Positions 54,342 through 64,000 of a stretch of 64,000 nucleotides of DNA are shown here, in pieces. The DNA lies in contig JAWAHD010000001.1 of the NCBI GenBank assembly GCA_038889555.1, positions 1,016 through 65,015 on the forward strand, given 5' to 3'. The translations under genes were made by a program, and so were the position numbers. The number at the start of each line of letters is the position of its first letter. Positions within the stretch are counted from its first letter, which is position 1. This DNA comes from Desulfurococcaceae archaeon. Lineage in GTDB: Archaea > Thermoproteota > Thermoprotei_A > Sulfolobales > Desulfurococcaceae. The notes beneath the pieces were generated by a model. It saw only the letters and a list, made by a program, of their open reading frames with translations. It did not search any database and was not told where the DNA came from.

Positions 54342-55008
54342 TTTCCCTGGGACAAATTGTGACGAAGACGTGGTAGTGGCATTTAAGGAGACAACTAGCC
54401 TGGAAGCGGAGATTGTGTGGTACACGGAGTTTAAACCAGGAATATACGACGCCGTGGTGATACCTGGTGGTTTTAGTTATGGTGATTGGCTAAGAGCTGG
54501 CGCGATTGCTGCTAGAACTATGACAATGGAATATGTAAAAGAAGACATCGAAAAAGGTACACCAGTGTTGGGTATTTGTAATGGATTTCAAATACTGGTG
54601 GAGGCAGGTTTACTGCCTGGGGCATTAATATACAACGAACACGGCAGATTTACCTGTAAATGGGTTAAAACGCGCATATCTAATCCCAAGGGGCCTTGGC
54701 TCAAGTTATTGAGAGATAATGATGAGATAAACATGCCAGTTGCGCACGCTGAGGGCCGTTACTATATTCCACGCGAGGAATACGATAAAATTAAGACAAC
54801 ATCGCCAGTTCTATACTACCTACCTGGTTACAATCCCAATGGAAGCCTATATGACATTGCTGGTGTGGGCAATGAAAACGGCCTGGTGTTCGGTCTAATG
54901 CCACATCCTGAAAGATCGGCGAATAAGAACTTATCTCCACGGGGTTTTATTGGAAATGGTTATTTGATTTTCAAAAGCCTTGAAGACTCTCTCAAAAGGG
55001 GCTGGTAA
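54319..55008 (+). CDS. purQ: FGAM synthase glutaminase subunit PurQ
   Basis: [18 protein letters not shown], catalytic Cys in GICNGFQIL, and MPHPER. The ATG at 54319 overlaps the purS 3' end. Confidence 0.9.
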   Translation: MARVAVISFPGTNCDEDVVVAFKETTSLEAEIVWYTEFKPGIYDAVVIPGGFSYGDWLRAGAIAARTMTMEYVKEDIEKGTPVLGICNGFQILVEAGLLPGALIYNEHGRFTCKWVKTRISNPKGPWLKLLRDNDEINMPVAHAEGRYYIPREEYDKIKTTSPVLYYLPGYNPNGSLYDIAGVGNENGLVFGLMPHPERSANKNLSPRGFIGNGYLIFKSLEDSLKRGW

Positions 55009-57209
55009 TGCCTCTATCCCGCGAGGAAATAGATGAGATCAGGGCTATACTTGGAAGGGAGCCAACCCAGGAAGAACTAGCAATGTTCGAGGCCCAATGG
55101 AGTGAGCATTGTTCATATAAGAGCAGTCGATCATTGTTGAGATTATTCAGCTCAGAGGGTAAACACGTTGTAATAGGGCCTGGCAGAGATGCATCTGCAA
55201 TTGAAGTGTTTCCTGGAATTTCAGTGGTCCTCAAAATAGAGAGCCATAATCACCCATCAGCGGTAGACCCTTATAATGGGGCTGCCACAGGTATAGGCGG
55301 TGTTGTCAGGGATGTATTAACACTCGGGGCTAAGCCAATAGCACTATTAGATTTGCTATATATGGGGGATCCGAGGGATCCCCATGCAAATTGGCTAATC
55401 AAGGGCATTGTCAAGGGCATAAGTGATTATGGAAATAGAATTGGTGTTCCCACAGTCGCCGGCGATACATGGTTCGATAGTTCATTCAATAGACAGCCGT
55501 TGGTCAACGTTGGATGTGTTGGTATAGTTGAGTCAGACGCGATAATCATCGGAGACGCCAAGCCAGGTGATTTGATCGTAATAATCGGCAACCCGACAGG
55601 CAGGGATGGACTACTTGGTAGTAGTTTCGCGTCCAAGGCCCTGAGCGATGATGTAGATCAAGAGATTGGCGCTGTACAGGTAGGAGACCCGTTGACCGAG
55701 AAGTTATTGATAAACGCTGTGTTAGAGTTGGCTAGGAAAAGACTAGTCAAATACATCAAGGACCTTGGAGGCGGTGGATTAACCACGGCAATCAGCGAGA
55801 CATTGGCGGAGTTTAACCTTGGTGGTGAAATAGAATTGAGTAATTTACATCTTAGGATGAATCTAACGCCATTGGAAATACTGGTCTCTGAGAGCCAGGA
55901 GAGAATGTTGTTAATACTTGGAAGAGATAAATTAGAAGAAGTGATCAAGGTACTTGAGAAGTATGGTTTACAATACTCTTTGATAGGCGTTACTGATTCT
56001 ACAAATCGCCTAAAGGTCTATTACAAAGGTGTTAAAGTGGCAGATGTGCCCGTTAAAGAACTCGCCAAGCCACGGAGTATTAGAAGGGATTCGGAGCCCC
56101 CATTAGACGCCCTCAAAGGGCTTAAACCAATATATAAGTTACGAGAGGTAGATCTGAAGGAGGCTGTGTTAAAAGTCTTCTCCTCGTTTAACATAGTATC
56201 GAGAAAATGGATTTTTGAACAATATGATCATGAGGTGGGTGTTAGAACAATCATTAAACCGGGCTATGGAGACGCAGCTGTGTTGAGAATAAATCCAGGC
56301 GATCTAAGCGATAAAAGAGGTATAGCGATCAAGGGAGATGGAAACCCGAGATACACCAGTATAGATCCATTTAATGGGGCAGCGAATGTCGTAGCAGAGT
56401 GTTTTAGAAACCTCGTGGCTGTGGGGTCAACGCCTCTCGCAATTGTAGATGAATTAAATGCCGGTAACCCAGAGAAACCGTGGCATTACTGGTATTTCGA
56501 GATGATGTTAAAGGGCGTTGCATGGATGGCTAGCGAGCTAGGTTTGCCAGTGATAGGGGGAAAAGTCAGCTTTTACAATGAGGATCATAGGGGGGTCCAA
56601 GTAAGGCCCACGACAACCATAATTGGAATTGGACGAGTGGATGACGTCTCCAGGGCTAAGACCTTTGATTTCAAGCAACCAGGTTCATTGATACTGATAG
56701 CGGGAATCACGTACCCGGAACTTGGCGGATCTGAATACCTGTATACAGTGCACGGTATCGAGGGAGGTGAAATACCCAGGCCTAGACCTGTCTCGGAACT
56801 GAAAACAAGTGGTTTCATCCATGAGCTCGTAGAAAGAGATCTAGCTTACTCTGTGCACGATATTGGACTTGGCGGAATAGCAACAGCCCTTATTGAGATG
56901 AGCGTTCTCGGTAGAATAGGGTTTAAAGTCGACACGGCATTAATACCTCATAAAGCATGTGACAGGTTGGATGAGCTATTATTCTCTGAGACACAGGCAC
57001 GCTATATAATCGAGATCCCAGCTAATAGTGTTGGATTAGTTAAACAAATAGCTGAAAAACACGGGGTTATAATAGGGGTTATCGGCGAGACGATAGATAA
57101 GCCAGTTGTCGTCTTCACCAAGAAAGACGTGGAATTGATAACGATAGACCTCTGGGAATTGGTAAACATCTATGAGAAACGCCTCTCGGAAACCCTTGAA
57201 AGCGTGTAG
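55008..57209 (+). CDS. purL: FGAM synthase II (PurL)
   Basis: FEAQWSEHCSYKSS motif, duplicated AIR-synthase-like domains, 733 aa. The ATG overlaps the purQ TAA. Confidence 0.95.
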   Translation: MPLSREEIDEIRAILGREPTQEELAMFEAQWSEHCSYKSSRSLLRLFSSEGKHVVIGPGRDASAIEVFPGISVVLKIESHNHPSAVDPYNGAATGIGGVVRDVLTLGAKPIALLDLLYMGDPRDPHANWLIKGIVKGISDYGNRIGVPTVAGDTWFDSSFNRQPLVNVGCVGIVESDAIIIGDAKPGDLIVIIGNPTGRDGLLGSSFASKALSDDVDQEIGAVQVGDPLTEKLLINAVLELARKRLVKYIKDLGGGGLTTAISETLAEFNLGGEIELSNLHLRMNLTPLEILVSESQERMLLILGRDKLEEVIKVLEKYGLQYSLIGVTDSTNRLKVYYKGVKVADVPVKELAKPRSIRRDSEPPLDALKGLKPIYKLREVDLKEAVLKVFSSFNIVSRKWIFEQYDHEVGVRTIIKPGYGDAAVLRINPGDLSDKRGIAIKGDGNPRYTSIDPFNGAANVVAECFRNLVAVGSTPLAIVDELNAGNPEKPWHYWYFEMMLKGVAWMASELGLPVIGGKVSFYNEDHRGVQVRPTTTIIGIGRVDDVSRAKTFDFKQPGSLILIAGITYPELGGSEYLYTVHGIEGGEIPRPRPVSELKTSGFIHELVERDLAYSVHDIGLGGIATALIEMSVLGRIGFKVDTALIPHKACDRLDELLFSETQARYIIEIPANSVGLVKQIAEKHGVIIGVIGETIDKPVVVFTKKDVELITIDLWELVNIYEKRLSETLESV

Positions 57210-57212
57210 AGC

Positions 57213-58610
57213 ATGTGTGGCATAGTAGGTGTTTTCAAACCGGGAGGCCTCAAAGAGATTTTCGAGACAATGATCAAGATGTTGATAAATCTACAGCATC
57301 GGGGCCAAGAAGGCTATGGATTCGCCATCGTGGGTAATGAGCTGAGATTGAAAGTCATCAAGACACGGTTTCATCTATACGGCTTTATATGGAGTATTGA
57401 TAAGTATGTTAAAAGCCCAGCCAAGGCCATAGCCGGGATAGCTCATGCCAGATATTCCACGACCGGTGATTACAGTACACCGGTTCAGCCAGTCGTAATA
57501 TCGACTGATAAAATCAAGATAGCAATGGCGTTCAACGGCACAATAGCCAACTACGTAGAGATACTTGAGTATATTAGGAAAGAAATAGATTTGAAAAAAG
57601 TATATCCATGTGTATTCGATAATGACTCAACTGTCCTGGCTGGATTGTTGTTGAAACTTGTAATAAATAATGGATATGACGTTATAGAGGCGTTAAGGGA
57701 TTTACCCAGTTTTGTGAACGGTGCCTATAGCCTGGTTGTATTAACCAATGAACCAAGAATAGTCGTTACCAGGGATTTACACGGTTTTCATCCATTGGCT
57801 TACGCAATACATAATGGCTTTTACGTCGCCTCCGAGAACCCGGCACTGGAGGTAATGGGGCTTCAGTCATGGAGAGAAGTTGGTTATGGAGAGATAATAT
57901 CCTACGATGGACACGGTGTTGAGAGGACAAGGGCACGTGGGAACATAGATCCATCCCCATGTGTGTTTGAATATGTATACTTCAGTAGGCCTGACACGGT
58001 GTTCAACAACATAAGTGTATATGATGCTCGTTTCAAAATGGGTGAATTATTGGCCACGGTTGAACCAGTGGACGGAGATGTAGTGATCCCGGTGCCAGAA
58101 GGGGGTAGGATAATAGCTCTTGGATATAGCAGTAAAACCGGGATTCCATATGTAGAGGGCCTTTTCGTGAACAGATATGTAGGCAGAGGGTTTATAACAC
58201 CGCCCAATATGCGTGGACTGATATCAAGTCTCAAGTACAATGCCATAAAGACAGCTATTGAAGGACAAAGAGTCATATTAATAGATGATTCAATTGTAAG
58301 AGGGACTACGATGAGGCAAATAGTTAGCCTTATCAAATCCGGGGGCGCGTTAGAGGTGCATGTGAGGATAGCATCTCCCCCGTTTAAATGCCCATGTTAC
58401 ATGGGGATAGATGTGCACTCGAAACGGGAACTCGCGTTTTCAAATAATATTGAGGATGTGAAAAAACTAATCAATGCTGATAGCTTAGCTTATAATACCC
58501 TAGAGAACTTGTTGAAAGCTGTTGGATTGCCCAGGGTTTGTCACGCGTGTTTCTCCTGTCTTTATCCAATTCCATTGAAATATCAAGGAGTTATTGCATG
58601 TTCGAGGTGA
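57213..58610 (+). CDS. purF: amidophosphoribosyltransferase
   Basis: MCGIVGVF N-terminal nucleophile, LQHRGQEG, PRT motif RVILIDDSIVRGTT, and C-terminal Cys ligands. Confidence 0.95.
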   Translation: MCGIVGVFKPGGLKEIFETMIKMLINLQHRGQEGYGFAIVGNELRLKVIKTRFHLYGFIWSIDKYVKSPAKAIAGIAHARYSTTGDYSTPVQPVVISTDKIKIAMAFNGTIANYVEILEYIRKEIDLKKVYPCVFDNDSTVLAGLLLKLVINNGYDVIEALRDLPSFVNGAYSLVVLTNEPRIVVTRDLHGFHPLAYAIHNGFYVASENPALEVMGLQSWREVGYGEIISYDGHGVERTRARGNIDPSPCVFEYVYFSRPDTVFNNISVYDARFKMGELLATVEPVDGDVVIPVPEGGRIIALGYSSKTGIPYVEGLFVNRYVGRGFITPPNMRGLISSLKYNAIKTAIEGQRVILIDDSIVRGTTMRQIVSLIKSGGALEVHVRIASPPFKCPCYMGIDVHSKRELAFSNNIEDVKKLINADSLAYNTLENLLKAVGLPRVCHACFSCLYPIPLKYQGVIACSR

Positions 58611-58614
58611 TAAT

Positions 58615-59628
58615 ATGAGATATCGTGATGCAGGGGTTGACCTCGATATACATAGGCAAATGCACATGATAGCGAGAAAGATCGTGGAGAAAACGAGTTC
58701 GCATATAGGTGTGGAAATAGGCAATATAGGGGGATATGTTCAGTTCATCCGAGGCGAAATAGGGGATATAGGGATACATGTAGATGGTGTTGGGACAAAG
58801 ACTTTGGTCTTATTGAAGACCGGTAAACTAAGAATAGCTGGATGGGACTGTGTAGTCATGAATGCAAATGATATTGCCTGTGACGGGTTCAGAGCGCTTG
58901 CTTTCTCTGATTACATAGCTATGGAAAAACCAGATATAAACATGTATGCAGAGGTCATGAAGGGTATCGAGGACGCGTCGATCCACGTTAAGGCCCCGAT
59001 AATATCTGGCGAGACGGCCATAATGCCTGGTGTAGTGAAGGGCCTAGATGTTGTATGCATAGTCCTGGCAATTAGAAGAAAGCCGTTTCAAAATAAGGCA
59101 CAGGGCTATGATGTGGTGATAGGGGTGAATAGCTACGGTTTACATGCAAATGGCTATAGCCTGGCCAGGAAGATCGTGGAAGAAGTGATAGGTGATTACA
59201 ACAAGGAAATCGATGGAATAAATATCGGGGACGAATTAAGTAAGCCAACGGCAATATACTATAACCTAGCGTTAGAGGCAGTGGAAAACGGCATCGTGAA
59301 CTCCATTGCCCATATAACCGGTGGCGGGTGGAGTAAGTTGAAAAGAGTATTAGGTGAATCACTTGACATGGAGCTGAGACCACCCCCACCTACGCCCATA
59401 TTCAGGTTATTAATGGAAAAAGGGGATATTCCGCTCGACGAGGCTTACAGGGTTTTCAACATGGGCATAGGTCTCGTCCTAACCACGCATAAATCCCGTG
59501 TGGATGAACTCGTGTCCATGATTCATAGACATGGTTTTCACCCATATATACTTGGCCATGTTAAACCCGGTCAGGGAATCGTAAGGTTACATATAGATTG
59601 GGCAGGTAATAGAGTTGTCGAGCTCTAA
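58615..59628 (+). CDS. purM: AIR synthetase
   Basis: [11 protein letters not shown] start (ATG 58615, just after the purF stop) and DGVGTK motif. Confidence 0.9.
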   Translation: MRYRDAGVDLDIHRQMHMIARKIVEKTSSHIGVEIGNIGGYVQFIRGEIGDIGIHVDGVGTKTLVLLKTGKLRIAGWDCVVMNANDIACDGFRALAFSDYIAMEKPDINMYAEVMKGIEDASIHVKAPIISGETAIMPGVVKGLDVVCIVLAIRRKPFQNKAQGYDVVIGVNSYGLHANGYSLARKIVEEVIGDYNKEIDGINIGDELSKPTAIYYNLALEAVENGIVNSIAHITGGGWSKLKRVLGESLDMELRPPPPTPIFRLLMEKGDIPLDEAYRVFNMGIGLVLTTHKSRVDELVSMIHRHGFHPYILGHVKPGQGIVRLHIDWAGNRVVEL

Positions 59629-60730
59629 AATAGATGTAACAAGTGTCCTAAACTCATATAGCAAGGACAAAATAACCATATCATGCATAGCTAGTCATTC
59701 GGCTTTGGATGTGTTTGATGGAGCCCGTGATGAAGGCTTTAAAACAATAGCGGTTTGCCAGAAAGGGCGTGAGAAAACATACACAGCACTGTTTCCAGGG
59801 CTTATAGACGAGGTACTAATCCTCGAGAAATTCGTTGATGTGGTCAAACCGGAGATCATAGGGAAATTGATAGAGAAAAACACGATCTTTATACCCAATA
59901 GGAGTTTTGCTGTCTATGTGGGATATGAGAACATTGAGAGACATTTCACAGTTCCTGTTTTTGGCAATAGGTACCTGTTGAGATATGAGGAGAGAATTGG
60001 CGAGAAAAACTACTATAGAATACTGGACTTGGCTGGTATTAAAAGGCCCAGGACATTCGGAAACCCCGATGAGATAGATAGACCAGTGATTGTTAAGATA
60101 CCGCATGCCATTAAACGTGTTGAAAGGGGGTTTTTCATAGCGGTGGATAGAGATGATTTTTACAGGAGATTCAATAAGCTAGCCAACGCAGGTGTCGTGA
60201 GAAAGGAAGATATAGATAAAATGTCGATCGAGGAACTCGTGTTAGGGGCGCATTTCAATATTAATTATTTCTATTCAGTTGCATATAATAGATTAGAATT
60301 GATCAGTATTGATAGGAGAATACAGTCTGATATAGATGGTTTCATAAGGTTACCTGCCGACATACAGATCGATTTGAAAGATCACTTCGATATCGAGATG
60401 ATAGAGGTTGGACACATCCCAGTAACTATGAGAGAGAGTTTATTAGAGAGAGTATATGAGATAGGGGAGAAATTCGTAGATGCTACGAGGAAAATAGAGC
60501 CACCCGGTATTATAGGGCCATTTACATTGCAATTAATAGTAACAAAGAACCTGGAACCAGTGGTATATGATGTAGCTCTAAGAATAGGTGGAGGCACCAA
60601 CGCATATATGGGAATAGGTAGCCAGTACAGCAAGTTATATTTCGGGCGTCCAATAAGCCTTGGCAGGAGAATAGCAATCGAGATCAAAGAGTGTGTTCGA
60701 ATGGATTGTCTAAGCGAAATAGTAACATAG
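59615..60730 (+). CDS. PurP-family ATP-grasp protein, divergent paralogue
   Basis: [21 protein letters not shown] and [10 protein letters not shown] match PurP. The phosphate-binding stretch is [14 protein letters not shown] instead of KLPGAKGGKGYF. Confidence 0.7.
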   Translation: MSSSKIDVTSVLNSYSKDKITISCIASHSALDVFDGARDEGFKTIAVCQKGREKTYTALFPGLIDEVLILEKFVDVVKPEIIGKLIEKNTIFIPNRSFAVYVGYENIERHFTVPVFGNRYLLRYEERIGEKNYYRILDLAGIKRPRTFGNPDEIDRPVIVKIPHAIKRVERGFFIAVDRDDFYRRFNKLANAGVVRKEDIDKMSIEELVLGAHFNINYFYSVAYNRLELISIDRRIQSDIDGFIRLPADIQIDLKDHFDIEMIEVGHIPVTMRESLLERVYEIGEKFVDATRKIEPPGIIGPFTLQLIVTKNLEPVVYDVALRIGGGTNAYMGIGSQYSKLYFGRPISLGRRIAIEIKECVRMDCLSEIVT

Positions 60731-60739
60731 GGTGTCGAT

Positions 60740-62086
60740 ATGAGTTATGAACATGTTTGTGTATTCGAATGGCGATACGGATCTCCCGAGATGAGACAGA
60801 TATTCACGTTGCCAAACATTGTGAACATTTACATAAAGGTGGAAAGGGCATTGATGAAAGGGCTCGTAGAAGCCGGGATAGCTCCTCCTCATTGCGTAGA
60901 GGAGTTTGACAGGTGTAGCGCAAACATAGAGCCCAGGGAGATATATGAAAAAGAGAAGACACTAGGACACGACATAGCAGCTATGACATATATACTAGGC
61001 GATAGATGTGGTGAATGTGGTAAATATGTCCATCTCGGGGCTACGAGTTACGATATAGTTGATACTGCCTGGGCCCTTTTAATCAAGGACGCTCTCGGCA
61101 TTGTTAAGAGGAAACTAAGGGCTATAATAGAGAGATTGATGAACATGTCGAACATGTACATTGACGCAGTAGAGCCTGGTAGAACTCATGGCCAACATGC
61201 TGTTCCAATAACCTTTGGCTTCAAATTCGCTAACTATGTCTACGAGTTGACGAGGAGTTATGAAAGACTAGTTGAAATAGAGAAAAGAATTGTGAGAGTT
61301 AAAATGTCGGGCGCAGTGGGCTCTATGGCGGCGTGGGGTGACAAGGGGCTTTTGATCGAGAGAGCTGTTTCCCACGAGCTAGGCATAGACCCCCATATCA
61401 TATCAACGCAAGTAGCTCCCAGGGATGGCTTTGCCGAGTTAATAGCTGTCCTGGCTATATTGGCATCCCAGCTTGATAGATTTGCGCTGGAGATCAGGGA
61501 GCTGTCTAGGCCTGAGATCAATGAGCTATATGAGTCCAGCCCTAGGATCGGCAGTAGCACCATGCCTCATAAGAGAAACCCCGTTATCTCGGAGAGAATA
61601 TCGGGTCTAGCCAAGGTCATGAGAGGGTTAGTCGTAACGGCGTTAGAGAACATACCCTTAATGCATGAAAGGGATCTGACCAATAGCTCCAGTGAAAGGA
61701 TATTGATACCACACGCGTTTCTAACCATAGACCAGATGTTGAATGACATGGCTAAGTTACTTGATATCCTTTACGTGAACACGGAGGCCGGTAGAAGGAA
61801 TATCGAGATAACAAAGGGGCTCATTTACAGTGAGTTGTTAATGGTGAAACTGGTTGAGAAAGGCTGGCCGCGCCATAAGGCACATAGCAAGATAATGGAT
61901 ATAACCAGGTCTATCGGGGAAGGTGAGACATTAGTGGACGCTGTAATGAGGGATCCCGAACTCTCCAATTATTTCTCCAAAGATGAATTAATAGAGCTAC
62001 TTAGGCCGGAGAACTATTTAGGTTGTATAAAGGATTTGGTCAAAAGGACTCTCGAGTACGCGAAAAACGTGCTAAGACAAGGGTGA
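60740..62086 (+). CDS. purB: adenylosuccinate lyase
   Basis: GATSYDIVDTA and the fumarase/ASL signature GSSTMPHKRNP. Confidence 0.92.
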   Translation: MSYEHVCVFEWRYGSPEMRQIFTLPNIVNIYIKVERALMKGLVEAGIAPPHCVEEFDRCSANIEPREIYEKEKTLGHDIAAMTYILGDRCGECGKYVHLGATSYDIVDTAWALLIKDALGIVKRKLRAIIERLMNMSNMYIDAVEPGRTHGQHAVPITFGFKFANYVYELTRSYERLVEIEKRIVRVKMSGAVGSMAAWGDKGLLIERAVSHELGIDPHIISTQVAPRDGFAELIAVLAILASQLDRFALEIRELSRPEINELYESSPRIGSSTMPHKRNPVISERISGLAKVMRGLVVTALENIPLMHERDLTNSSSERILIPHAFLTIDQMLNDMAKLLDILYVNTEAGRRNIEITKGLIYSELLMVKLVEKGWPRHKAHSKIMDITRSIGEGETLVDAVMRDPELSNYFSKDELIELLRPENYLGCIKDLVKRTLEYAKNVLRQG

Positions 62087-62093
62087 CGATGTC

Positions 62094-63161
62094 GTGGTAA
62101 AAGAACTGATCAAGAAATATGAAAGAACCGGCGAGATCTCAGTGGCCACGTTGGCCAGTCATAGCTCTCTTCAAATAATTCATGGAGCTAAGCAGGAGGG
62201 CTTGAGAACGATTTTGATCACACTGAGAGAGAGGGAGTGGTTTTATAAAGAGTTCCAACACCTAGTTGATGAGATGATTGTGGTGGATAAATGGAGAGAT
62301 GTATGTAGCGAGAGAGTTCTATCAAAATTGGCTGAAAACAATGCAGTGATGATCCCCCATGGTAGTTTAGTTGAATACGTTGGGCTGAATTGTGCAATGG
62401 ATTTACCATTACCTTACTTTGGCAATAGACATTTATTCGTAATTGAGGGGGATCAACAAGCCAAGATGAACTTCCTCGCAAATGCCGGCATCCCAATACC
62501 AAGGATATATAAATTAGGTGAAAAACTTGATAGACCCGTTATCGTGAAATTACCAGGAGCGAAAGGTGGAAAAGGATATTTCATATCATCCTCTATGGAT
62601 ATCGTTGAGAAACGAGTGAGAGAATACATTGAAAGGGGGTTGATAAGAAGCGTCGAAGAGATCATTATACAGGAGTATGTAGTGGGCACGCCTGCATATT
62701 ACCACTACTTTTATAGCCCGGTCATGAATAGATTGGAGATCATGGGTGCTGATATAAGATATGAAAGCAATGTTGATGGTTTAAGGAGAATACCTGTGAA
62801 CATGTATGGGGAATTCAACGTGGAACCATCTTTCATCGTAGTGGGTAATTTGCCTCTTGTGCTTAGAGAGAGCTTGTTACCCAAGATCCTGGAATATGGT
62901 AAGAAGTTTGTCGAATACTCTGTATACAGGATACCACCAGGGGTCATAGGCCCCTTCTGCTTGGAAAGCATTATCACTGAAACCATGGATATTGTGGTGT
63001 TCGAGTTCTCAGGTAGGATTGTGGCTGGCACAAATCTATACATAGTTGGGAGCCCCTATTCCTATCTATATTGGAATGAACCAATGAGCACTGGTAGAAG
63101 AATTGCAAGAGAGCTCAAAATGGCTATTGAGAAAAACATGTTACATAAGGTCTTGACATGA
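62094..63161 (+). CDS. purP: FAICAR synthetase PurP (formate-dependent, ATP-grasp)
   Basis: ISVATLASHSSLQIIHGAKQEGL, FGNRHLF, KLPGAKGGKGYFISS, YESNVDGLRRIP, and VVGNLPLVLRESLLP closely follow the M. jannaschii PurP pattern as recalled. Confidence 0.8.
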   Translation: MVKELIKKYERTGEISVATLASHSSLQIIHGAKQEGLRTILITLREREWFYKEFQHLVDEMIVVDKWRDVCSERVLSKLAENNAVMIPHGSLVEYVGLNCAMDLPLPYFGNRHLFVIEGDQQAKMNFLANAGIPIPRIYKLGEKLDRPVIVKLPGAKGGKGYFISSSMDIVEKRVREYIERGLIRSVEEIIIQEYVVGTPAYYHYFYSPVMNRLEIMGADIRYESNVDGLRRIPVNMYGEFNVEPSFIVVGNLPLVLRESLLPKILEYGKKFVEYSVYRIPPGVIGPFCLESIITETMDIVVFEFSGRIVAGTNLYIVGSPYSYLYWNEPMSTGRRIARELKMAIEKNMLHKVLT

Positions 63162-63970
63162 AGAGAATCGGACTTATACTGGCACAAGGACATTTATAGA
63201 TATCAATACGTGTTTTTCAAACAAGGCCAGGATAAGGTTTCATATACTTTTCACATCAGAATAGTCTAATTGAGTATCGTGTAAGCTGTTGCTCTAGGAT
63301 CTACCGTTTACCTCCAGTGTTGAAGGAATAAAAGAAGAAATAGTCAACTCATTGAACCCTATTCTTCCTCGTTTCAAATTGGATTAACATATATTTTTTG
63401 AATACGGCTTGGGGAAAGCACATAGACTGAGACAATATACGGACAAAGAGCTGATAGCTGATCTAAAACTAGCGGATATAGGGTGTATAATGTCAATGAT
63501 TGTGAGCAAACTAGCGGAAAAAGGCTTTGACTCTGTGATAACCCATGGATTCGTAGGCGTTAAGAGTGCTCTTAGCGAGTTGAAATCAACATATGATAGA
63601 CTTAGGTTTAAAACCAATACTGGGGGTCTCCATGTTCCATCCAGGCTCGATGGAATACATCGATAGGCATTTGAATGAATTGGTGAACAACGCGATCGAA
63701 CTAAATGTACATGGTGTTGCGGCCTCGGCTACGAGACCGAGGCATTATAAAAAAGGACGGAGAGACGCTTGGAGAAAAGATTCAAGATGTATTCGCCTGG
63801 AATAGGCGTTTAAGGCGTTGAACTATGTGATGCTCTATGTGCCGGAGCCGGATTACGAGATCATAGGCAGGGCGATAACGGATTCTTCAAACCCATATGA
63901 AACCGCAATTATGATTAGGAACAAGCAAGTCAACCGGGTGAGATCGTGTCGTGGTTGGACATCGTGGTGA
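63158..63970 (+). pseudogene. pyrF: decayed orotidine-5'-phosphate decarboxylase gene
   Basis: The ATG overlaps the purP TGA (ATGA) and reads MKRIGLILAQGHL*. Later fragments in shifting frames: PRFKLD*HIFFEYGLGKAHRLRQYTDKELIADLKLADIG...ITHGFVG; SMFHPGS...GVAASATRP; YSPGIGV*; DYEIIGRAITDSSNPYETA. In-frame stops at 63197, 63295 and 63385, plus at least 3 frameshifts. Confidence 0.6.
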
Positions 63971-64000
63971 AGAAGCTTTATAGACATGGCATGGTTGAGC
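63946..64000 (+). CDS. 5' end of an ORF running off the window (possibly pyrE)
   Basis: The GTG at 63946 reads (M)SWLDIVVKKLYRHGMVE... This loosely resembles the PyrE N-terminal pattern, and the position after pyrF is suggestive. Only 18 codons are visible. Confidence 0.2.
   Translation, partial: MSWLDIVVKKLYRHGMVE

Noticed and set aside
63409-63805. Two overlapping + strand ORFs (85 aa and 70 aa) as separate small genes.
   Set aside because: They are consecutive, frameshifted fragments of one PyrF-like sequence (DLKLADIG...HGFVG, then FHPGS...ASATRP).
1-64000. Search for CRISPR arrays, rRNA genes, transposases/IS elements and long tandem or inverted repeats.
   Set aside because: Reading the sequence showed no regularly spaced direct repeats, no rRNA-like segments and no transposase or integrase-like ORFs. 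The only repeats seen are the short promoter-region motifs reported above.

Overview
This looks like a 64-kb chromosomal segment from a hyperthermophilic crenarchaeon (Thermoprotei, Desulfurococcales-like). That placement is inferred from gene content: an Elf1 homologue, an Rpo13-like protein, topoisomerase VI, PurP, a Ced-type gene set and intron-containing tRNA. All function calls come from reading motifs and gene order by eye; no database search was possible.

Layout:
- 1-12.1 kb: the ribosomal-protein superoperon on the - strand, running L3-L4-L23-L2-S19-L22-S3-L29-Rpp29-S17-L14-L24-S4e-L5-S14-S8-L6-L32e-L19e-L18-S5-L30-L15. The S14 and L15 genes are missing from the ORF track. A SPOUT (DUF171) gene lies just upstream.
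- 13.2-23.5 kb: a DNA-transaction neighbourhood. It holds a Ced/Ted-like operon (two-TM hairpin protein, polytopic membrane protein, a 57-aa micro-ORF, VirB4/HerA-type ATPase), a 642-aa PP-loop (PAPS-reductase-like) protein, an Lhr-type helicase, and a second HerA/FtsK-type ATPase fused to a polytopic membrane domain.
- 23.6-47.2 kb: core genes. These are an Rpo13-like protein, PCNA, a four-subunit 2-oxoacid:ferredoxin oxidoreductase, tRNA-Pro(CGG) with an intron, a SWIM protein, Elf1, GGGP synthase, MazG, Sec61beta, a HIT protein, RadA, ThrRS, topo VI A/B, a minimal type IV pilus locus, and a MurG/Alg13-14-like glycosyltransferase next to an 883-aa GT-C-like membrane protein. Three previously unlisted C/D-box sRNAs sit in convergent intergenic gaps. 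Their guides are complementary to conserved rRNA segments.
- 47.2-49.3 kb: a gene-poor decay zone. It contains an orphan tRNA 3' half and a multiply disrupted FAD-dependent dehydrogenase pseudogene.
- 49.3-63.2 kb: a compact + strand purine operon, purC-purF'-purD-purT-purS-purQ-purL-purF-purM-purP'-purB-purP. A decayed pyrF follows it.

I recognised no CRISPR array, transposase or integrase.

Most interesting:
- the Ced-like conjugation-related DNA-transfer module and its unusual features, together with the neighbouring membrane-anchored HerA-type ATPase paired with Lhr;
- the possible tRNA-bounded island carrying the purine operon;
- the three C/D sRNAs.
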